From positions 16,763-80,762 of IMG/VR virus record IMGVR_UViG_3300032323_001070: DNA of 64,000 bases, one strand, 5' to 3'. The first letter of the stretch is position 1. Each line of letters opens with the position of its first letter. The position numbers and the translations under genes were made by a program. Shown here in pieces: positions 57,935 through 64,000 of the stretch. This DNA comes from a virus. Under the pieces are notes generated by a model, which ran no database searches, had not been told where the DNA came from, and saw only the letters and a program-made list of their open reading frames with translations.

Positions 57935-58954
57935 ATGACTCTGGTCGTAGACAAATTTCGCTCGCTGATCCCACCACGTGCTAAAAGTAGCCCTAGTGGT
58001 TGGACATCATTCAACGCACCCTGTTGCCAGCATCGCGGGCATAGTCCGGATACTCGTAAAAGGGCAGGCGTTCGCTTTGACCAAGGCATCGTCTATAATT
58101 GTTTCAACTGTAAATTTAGCACAGGCTGGCAACCAGGATCACCGATTGGTGAGAAAATGAAAACCCTGTTACGCTGGATGGGTGCCAGTGAAGATGCAAT
58201 TAAAGAAATGGTATTCGAAGCACTTAAAACTGAAGGTGAAGAATACAAGCCCGAACAATATCAAGCTAAAGTAGAATTTGAAGAGAAGCCATTACCGGAA
58301 GATGCGTTACCTATCAGCGAATGGGCTAATCAATCTTCTGCGCTATTAACTGATCTAGGACCTGTAGTAGAATACATTGTTGATAGAGGATTTGATCCAG
58401 CATCAGATAATTTTTATTGGAGTCCATCTTCCGGTTACACTGATCGTGTGATCATTCCGTTTAGATGGCAAGGACGCATTGTAGGCAATACTGCTCGCAA
58501 GGTCAGAGACGGTAGACCTAAATATCTATCAGACCAACACCCGCATTTTGTTTTCAACTTTGATAGCCAAACAGAAGATCAGAAGTATATATTTGTATGC
58601 GAAGGTCCTTTTGACGCACTGGCTGTAGACGGTGTTGCCCTACTAACTAACGAAATTTCCGATCAGCAGAGTAGAATAATTAACAGTCTAAATACCAAAG
58701 TAATCGTGATCCCAGATCAAGACAAAGCAGGACTGGTTTTGTTTGATCGAGCCGCTGAACTAGATTGGGCAGTAGCCATGCCTAACTGGGATGATGATGT
58801 CAAAGACTGTGCAGACGCTGTGCAACGATACGGCAAATTATTTGTGATCGTTGATGCCATAATGACCGCACAACAAGGTGCCATTAAGATCAATATGGCC
58901 AAGAAAAGAATGGAACAAAAATTAGAGAGATTGTCTTATGCAGAAAATAATTGA
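57935..58954 (+). CDS. gp61: DNA primase (T4 gp61-like)
   Basis: Zn ribbon (CC..YNCFNC), RVIIPF, PKY, TOPRIM EGPFDA, PDQD, KD. Confidence 0.88.
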   Translation: MTLVVDKFRSLIPPRAKSSPSGWTSFNAPCCQHRGHSPDTRKRAGVRFDQGIVYNCFNCKFSTGWQPGSPIGEKMKTLLRWMGASEDAIKEMVFEALKTEGEEYKPEQYQAKVEFEEKPLPEDALPISEWANQSSALLTDLGPVVEYIVDRGFDPASDNFYWSPSSGYTDRVIIPFRWQGRIVGNTARKVRDGRPKYLSDQHPHFVFNFDSQTEDQKYIFVCEGPFDALAVDGVALLTNEISDQQSRIINSLNTKVIVIPDQDKAGLVLFDRAAELDWAVAMPNWDDDVKDCADAVQRYGKLFVIVDAIMTAQQGAIKINMAKKRMEQKLERLSYAENN

Positions 58955-59051
58955 TATATTGTTATGGCCTTATAGAAAGATCAAAGACTATTACGAATTC
59001 AAAAAGAAAATGAAAGAATTACGGAAGAGAGATCCTTTTATCTACAAATGA
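58938..59051 (+). CDS. 37-aa basic peptide ending RDPFIYK, coupled to the carbamoyltransferase
   Basis: Own translation MQKIIDILLWPYRKIKDYYEFKKKMKELRKRDPFIYK*; ATGA overlap with 59048. Confidence 0.65.
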   Translation: MQKIIDILLWPYRKIKDYYEFKKKMKELRKRDPFIYK

Positions 59052-60493
59052 TTACCTGGGGAATTAGTGCAAACAGCCATAACGCTGCATTGGCTGTATT
59101 TGAAGATAATGAAATTTTATTTGCCAGCGACTCTGAACGTTTTAGTAAAATAAAAAACGATCCAAACCTACATCCGGAGTTGGTAGCCTATGCACGAAGA
59201 TTTGGCGAACCCGATCTAGTATGTTGGTACGAGAAACCTTGGTTAAAAACTCTAAGACAGTTATATGCGGGCCAAGGTCTTAACAATAATAATGTAAAAA
59301 CATATCTAAAAAAGTACGGAATCACAGCGCCAATTAAAACTCTTCATCATCACGAGAGTCATGCTGCTGCCGGATACTATACCAGCAATTTTGATGATGC
59401 CTGTGTGGTAGTTATTGATTCCATCGGAGAATTTGAAACTATCACAGTATGGAAAGGCGATAACGGAAAACTGACAAAACTATTCAGTCAGTCATATCCA
59501 AACAGCATAGGCCTTTGGTATTCGGCGATGACACAACGTTGCGGATTAAAACCCAATGAAGAAGAATACATTCTAATGGGTATGGCAGCGTATGGTGATG
59601 CCAATAAGCTGAATCTAAAAATATCCAAAGACTTTATAAAAAGTTTCGAAACATTTGAGTTTAATAAAAATCTACATCGCGGCTGCAAAGATTGGGCGCC
59701 GGAGATAACTGAAGTATTTGATATCGCTGCATCTACGCAGAACGTATACGAGCTGTTGTTTGATCGAGTGTTAAACAAAGCTCGTACAATGGTTTCATCG
59801 CCTAATCTTGTGCTCATGGGCGGCTGTGCTCTAAACTGTTCAGCCAACCCTATCGCCTTTAGATACTTTGAACGAGTTTGGATCATGCCGGCCCCGGGTG
59901 ACAACGGATCTAGTATCGGCAGTGTTCTAGCACATAGGAAGAGAGCAGCTAATTGGAGAGGACCATATCTAGGCTATGATATGGGCTACAAAACTGATAA
60001 CGCAGAGATTGTCGATTATCTTATCGAAAATAAAATCTGTGGCCTGGCTAGAGGTCGTGCAGAATTTGGACCTAGAGCATTAGGCAATAGAAGTCTGTTA
60101 GCAGATCCCAGAGATCCTAAGATCAAAGACCTCGTAAATGATATTAAACAGCGAGAAAAGTTTAGACCGTTCGCTCCTGCGATATTAGAAGAACACGCCA
60201 AAGACTACTTTGAAATGCCAACAATATCAACACCTTACATGCAGTACACCGTGAAATGTAAGCAGCTAGACAAGTTTCCTGGAATTGTACATGCAGATGG
60301 TACTAGTCGTGTACAAACAGTCAATAGATATGGAAATCCTGAATTCCGTAGATTATTAGAAGAATGGTACAAGCGAACCGGCTGTCCGATGTTGTTGAAT
60401 ACCAGTTTGAATATCAAAGGCCAGCCTATGGTAAACGATCATGCCGATGCAAAGAACTGGAGCCAGGCCTATGGTTTACCTGTGTTTAATTAG
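59048..60493 (+). CDS. O-carbamoyltransferase (NodU/CmcH/TobZ family)
   Basis: ERFS..K, HH.SHAA, LMGMAAYG, GGCALN, EFGPRALGNRS, RPFAP, HADGTSR.QTV, LNTSLN. Confidence 0.92.
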   Translation: MITWGISANSHNAALAVFEDNEILFASDSERFSKIKNDPNLHPELVAYARRFGEPDLVCWYEKPWLKTLRQLYAGQGLNNNNVKTYLKKYGITAPIKTLHHHESHAAAGYYTSNFDDACVVVIDSIGEFETITVWKGDNGKLTKLFSQSYPNSIGLWYSAMTQRCGLKPNEEEYILMGMAAYGDANKLNLKISKDFIKSFETFEFNKNLHRGCKDWAPEITEVFDIAASTQNVYELLFDRVLNKARTMVSSPNLVLMGGCALNCSANPIAFRYFERVWIMPAPGDNGSSIGSVLAHRKRAANWRGPYLGYDMGYKTDNAEIVDYLIENKICGLARGRAEFGPRALGNRSLLADPRDPKIKDLVNDIKQREKFRPFAPAILEEHAKDYFEMPTISTPYMQYTVKCKQLDKFPGIVHADGTSRVQTVNRYGNPEFRRLLEEWYKRTGCPMLLNTSLNIKGQPMVNDHADAKNWSQAYGLPVFN

Positions 60494-60503
60494 AATGTAT
60501 AAT
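60475..60503 (+). promoter_or_regulatory. sigma70-type promoter
   Basis: TTTACC-N17-TATAAT, ATG 7 nt downstream. Confidence 0.55.
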
Positions 60504-60510
60504 ATAAAAT

Positions 60511-61926
60511 ATGATTAAAGATTACGGATACGAAGTACAAAAACTATATCTCGAACTGATGCTGGCAGATGCCGAAGTGTTTGTTCGTTGTCAAGGCATT
60601 TTCGATCATTCACTGTTTGATCGCAAACTGCAAGATGCCGCTGAGTTTATCAATGTCTATGCCAAAGAATATTCAGTGCTGCCAGACTATGAAATGGTCA
60701 ATGCATCATGCAGATCTGATCTCAAGCGTCCAGAAGATATCAAAGAAGGTCACTTAGATTGGCTCATGGATGAATTTGAATCGTTCACGAGACACAAGGC
60801 CATCGAGCGAGCGATTATCGCCAGTGCGGATCTATTAGAAAAACATAACTATGGTGAAGTAGAATCGCTGATCAAAGAAGCAGTACAGATTGGTCTTGCT
60901 CGTGACATGGGCACAGACTACTTTGAAGATCCTAGAGGAAGATTGCTGGGACTCAAAGATAAGAATGGTCAGATCTCAACGGGTTGGCCCTGTATGGATC
61001 GTAAACTGTTTGGAGGTATGAACCGTGGTGAGCTTAATATTTTTGCTGGCGGTAGTGGTGCAGGTAAATCGTTATTTCTCGCGAACCTTGGTGTTAACTG
61101 GGCATTGGCTGGGCTGAATGTAGTTTATCTAACACTGGAACTTTCAGAAGCATTAGTCAGTATGCGTATTGACTCGATGGTCACAGGTGTGTCAACGAAA
61201 GAGATTTTCAAAGATCTTGATGATGTTGAAATGAAAGTAAAGATGATTGGCAAGAAAGCAGGTATGCTACAGATCAAGTACATGCCCAGTGGTAAAACAG
61301 TCAATGACATCCGAGCATATATCAAAGAATATGAGATACGCTGTGGCAAGAAAGTAGACGTATTGTTGGTAGACTACATGGATCTGCTGATGCCAATCGG
61401 TAAGAAGATCTCAGCAGAAAACCTGTTCGTCAAAGACAAGTATGTGTCAGAAGAACTTAGAAATCTTTCCATGGAAAAGAAAGTGTTGTGTGTGACAGCG
61501 GCACAGTTGAATCGTGGTGCTGTAGAAGAAGTAGAATTTGATCACAGTCATATTTCAGGCGGATTAAGTAAGATTCAGACAGCGGATAACGTGTTTGGTA
61601 TCTTTACATCAAGAGCCATGCGTGAGCGTGGACGTTATCAAATCCAGTTGATGAAAACTCGTTCATCCAGTGGTGTAGGACAAAAGATCGATTTAGAATT
61701 CAACATCGAAAGTCTGCGCATCAGCGATCTGCCAGAAGAAGAGCAAGAAGGCAACGGTGCTATCAGCAGAGGTGCTAGCTCAATCATTGACAGCATCAAG
61801 CGTAAAACTGAAGTACAGCAGAGAGAAGAACCCACTGATGGTGTTCCTGTAGGCAAAGTCCGTGCAGAAGTACAGAGCAGTAAGCTACGCGAAATCCTCA
61901 GCAACATGGGTAACGATGAAGAATAA
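60511..61926 (+). CDS. gp41: replicative DnaB-family helicase
   Basis: GGSGAGKS, TLEL, VDYMDL, TAAQLNR, MKTR. Confidence 0.92.
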   Translation: MIKDYGYEVQKLYLELMLADAEVFVRCQGIFDHSLFDRKLQDAAEFINVYAKEYSVLPDYEMVNASCRSDLKRPEDIKEGHLDWLMDEFESFTRHKAIERAIIASADLLEKHNYGEVESLIKEAVQIGLARDMGTDYFEDPRGRLLGLKDKNGQISTGWPCMDRKLFGGMNRGELNIFAGGSGAGKSLFLANLGVNWALAGLNVVYLTLELSEALVSMRIDSMVTGVSTKEIFKDLDDVEMKVKMIGKKAGMLQIKYMPSGKTVNDIRAYIKEYEIRCGKKVDVLLVDYMDLLMPIGKKISAENLFVKDKYVSEELRNLSMEKKVLCVTAAQLNRGAVEEVEFDHSHISGGLSKIQTADNVFGIFTSRAMRERGRYQIQLMKTRSSSGVGQKIDLEFNIESLRISDLPEEEQEGNGAISRGASSIIDSIKRKTEVQQREEPTDGVPVGKVRAEVQSSKLREILSNMGNDEE

Positions 61927-62152
61927 AAGAGTAGAATTGTTGGGCTGGTTTCCAGAAGAGGGCGAAAACATCGAAATTGATTGGCCCAAGGTACACAAGA
62001 CCATAGGCATAGATCATACCAGTTGGTTATTAAAGCAGCCCCAAGAAAAGTGCCAACTGTTTATAGAACGTATAGATTCTAAATGTCGTTTAATCGCAGA
62101 ATTCTACGACGAGCAAACTCTATTAACATATCACCTAATGTGGGCTAAATAA
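61916..62152 (+). CDS. hypothetical protein
   Basis: ATG start MKNKRVELL overlapping the helicase end. Confidence 0.55.
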   Translation: MKNKRVELLGWFPEEGENIEIDWPKVHKTIGIDHTSWLLKQPQEKCQLFIERIDSKCRLIAEFYDEQTLLTYHLMWAK

Positions 62153-62155
62153 TGG

Positions 62156-62500
62156 ATGCGAGCAAAAGAATTTATCGTAGAAAGAACACTGGCACAGCGT
62201 AAATCGGCTGTGCTGCCCACTACCAAGGCCTATCCCGGGATGCCTTCGTCTAATCCCTACGAAATTTATAGGTTTGGTATGGCTATGGCCAATCATGAAA
62301 TGCGACATGCAGACGGTCCTACTAGCAATCATGCAGTTATAACAACTTATACTCCCGAAGAAGATCAGATAGTCACGGCAGCTGAACGAAAAACTGGTCA
62401 CAAGGGGCAACTGGTAGCAGATCGAAAGAGTCACGAACCCGATAATACAGGCATACAGAGCCCTGTGGCACAGTCCAAACGTAATCGCTACGGAGTTTGA
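62156..62500 (+). CDS. putative head-packaged protein (CTS-like MRAKEFIVE)
   Basis: TAAATA at 62146-62151; N-terminus resembles T4 internal-protein CTS. Confidence 0.6.
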   Translation: MRAKEFIVERTLAQRKSAVLPTTKAYPGMPSSNPYEIYRFGMAMANHEMRHADGPTSNHAVITTYTPEEDQIVTAAERKTGHKGQLVADRKSHEPDNTGIQSPVAQSKRNRYGV

Positions 62501-62501
62501 T

Positions 62502-63212
62502 ATGAGATTGAGAGAACTAAGCGAAAGCACTGTGGTCACTATCAACAAGCAGTTGAATCCTAAGATCTGGCAGGATCAGCGATTAGATCCTGAAGTGATA
62601 CGCAAACTCAAAGACATCGCCAAGGCCTTTGAAGAATTCGTGGGCATAGAACTAGATGTCATAGACTACACAGTCACAGGTTCAAATGCCAACTATACCT
62701 GGACAGAATATTCAGATCTAGACCTACACCTGATCATACCCGGCACTCCCACAGAAGAGCAGCGAGAGTTATTTTCAGCTAAAAAGGCCCTATGGTCAGA
62801 GCAGCATACGATCACTATCAAAGGCCTGCCCGTGGAAACTTACATACAGGGCGAAGACGAACCACACCACAGCACAGGTGTTTATTCAATCATCAAGCAG
62901 AAATGGTTGGTAGAGCCCAAGAAGGTCAAACCCAAGGTAGACGATGCCGCAGTAGAAGCCAAAAAAGATTCAATCATGCGTGACATAGAAACTGCCATGC
63001 TCAGCAAAGATCTTGATAAACTACGTCTAGTCAAGGACAAGATCACTAAGATGCGTAAAGCGGGTCTGGCTCGTGCGGGAGAGTGGTCAGTGGAAAACCT
63101 AGTGTTTAAGATACTTAGAAACCTAGGTCTTATAGATCAAATCACAGAAAAAATAAGAGAGCTGGAAGATTCCGAGCTCTCTCTAGAACAACAAGATAAT
63201 CTATTAGATTAG
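62502..63212 (+). CDS. Pol-beta superfamily nucleotidyltransferase
   Basis: TGSNANY..SDLDLH, VETY, ENLVFK.LR; N-terminus MRLRELSE. Confidence 0.75.
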   Translation: MRLRELSESTVVTINKQLNPKIWQDQRLDPEVIRKLKDIAKAFEEFVGIELDVIDYTVTGSNANYTWTEYSDLDLHLIIPGTPTEEQRELFSAKKALWSEQHTITIKGLPVETYIQGEDEPHHSTGVYSIIKQKWLVEPKKVKPKVDDAAVEAKKDSIMRDIETAMLSKDLDKLRLVKDKITKMRKAGLARAGEWSVENLVFKILRNLGLIDQITEKIRELEDSELSLEQQDNLLD

Positions 63213-63895
63213 TCGTTGCGTTGACCAAATAGCTGTAACAGGCTAAGGAAGATGTTAATAAAGTTCAAGTACAGTGTTAGGGCACCTAGAACTTCTTCTT
63301 TGCCGTCATTTTCATAGCTGACCATTTCACGGATACGCTGTGTGTCATAGGCAGTCAAACCCAAGAACACTATGATAGCGATCGCTGAGATCACCATGGC
63401 AAACACCGAACTGCCAATAAAGATATTGATGATGCTAGCGATAATGATAGCGATCAAACCCACGAACATAAACTGCCCTACGCTGGTCAAATCCTTCTTA
63501 GTGAAATAACCATAGAAGCTCATAGTGGCGAACAACACAGCCGCAGCCATGAACGCTGACACTATGCTGCCCATGTTATAGATCACGAATATAGTGGCAA
63601 AGCTCAGTCCCATCAGAGCAGCAAAACCATGCAGGAATAGCTGTACAGCGGATTTGCTCATACGATCAAAAGCAAAAGATCCCGCTAGGATAGCTACCAA
63701 AGGCAGGAACACTACCACCCATTTCATAGCACCCGTGAAGAAAAATGCCATTAGAGCAGGGCTACTGGCCACCAATAAGCTGACCACCATCGAAGTGACC
63801 ACAGCCAACATCATGTTAAAGTACACACGGCCCATGGCAGAGTTGATCTGGCTAGCAGAACGAGTTACACCCACGGACATCACTGATTCAAACAT
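63209..63895 (-). CDS. yccA: Bax inhibitor-1/YccA family membrane protein
   Basis: About 7 transmembrane segments, YGY.TKKDL, TAYDTQRI, ALTLYLNFINIF. Confidence 0.88.
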   Translation of the reverse strand: MFESVMSVGVTRSASQINSAMGRVYFNMMLAVVTSMVVSLLVASSPALMAFFFTGAMKWVVVFLPLVAILAGSFAFDRMSKSAVQLFLHGFAALMGLSFATIFVIYNMGSIVSAFMAAAVLFATMSFYGYFTKKDLTSVGQFMFVGLIAIIIASIINIFIGSSVFAMVISAIAIIVFLGLTAYDTQRIREMVSYENDGKEEVLGALTLYLNFINIFLSLLQLFGQRND

Positions 63896-63925
63896 TTTGG
63901 ACTCCTTGAAGTTGTTAATAATATT

Positions 63926-63954
63926 ATTATACAGTAAAATATTTACTCAGTCAA
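63926..63954 (-). promoter_or_regulatory. nested sigma70 and late promoter of yccA
   Basis: Minus strand TTGACT-N17-TATAAT with TAAATA in the spacer; SD AAGGAG. Confidence 0.75.
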
Positions 63955-64000
63955 TGGCCAAATGTTCCTAGAATAGGGTTTTTTGTGCCATTTAATAAAT

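Noticed and set aside
17555-61862. Longer ORF-track starts (17555, 20514, 21290, 22265, 31806, 39627, 44074, 49191, 54236, 55777, 57929, 61862)
   Set aside because: Downstream ATGs fit promoter spacing, SD position or stop-start coupling better.
30223-61926. Inteins or introns in terminase, UvsX, UvsW, primase or helicase
   Set aside because: Lengths are ordinary, motifs are contiguous, and no intein splice-junction signatures were seen.
286-63971. Many 60-140 aa antisense or alternate-frame ORFs in the track (e.g. 21370-21768, 24748-25122, 59488-59904, 62135-62548, 63594-63971)
   Set aside because: They are shadows of well-supported genes and have no promoter, SD or recognisable motif.
1-64000. 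CRISPR array, tRNA genes, DGR or retron reverse transcriptase, IS elements
   Set aside because: No spaced repeats, cloverleafs, RT motifs or transposases were seen, and intergenic gaps are short. This was by eye only; tRNAscan-SE and CRISPR finders were not run.
1-64000. Stop-codon reassignment
   Set aside because: Genes are full length and densely packed under the standard code, and TAA, TGA and TAG all end genes.

Overview
A 64-kb segment of a large T4-like (Tevenvirinae-related) myophage genome in the standard genetic code. 1-16.9 kb: virion fibre and baseplate-associated genes, including 1127-aa and 2698-aa repeat proteins. 17-34 kb: rearranged neck, tail and packaging module (gp15, gp14, gp13, dNMP kinase, HNH, gp18, gp19, gp4, terminase, putative head-internal proteins). 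34-37 kb: gp32, UvsX, UvsY. 37-57 kb: large glycan-synthesis and modification island (about 12 glycosyltransferase-like genes, methyltransferases, GalE, cytidylyltransferase-cupin) interleaved with UvsW, a gp62-like subunit and a 192-aa mini-DnaE. 57-64 kb: primase, carbamoyltransferase with an unannotated 37-aa partner, gp41 helicase, a putatively capsid-packaged Pol-beta nucleotidyltransferase, and a YccA/BI-1 gene. Main unexplained signals: a pervasive TAAATA-N5-ATG leaderless layout, a multi-hairpin RNA leader at 1718-1896, the mini/split DnaE, the late glycosylation island, and CTS-like effectors. No tRNA, CRISPR array, reverse transcriptase or intein was seen. All calls come from motif recognition by eye, with no database searches.
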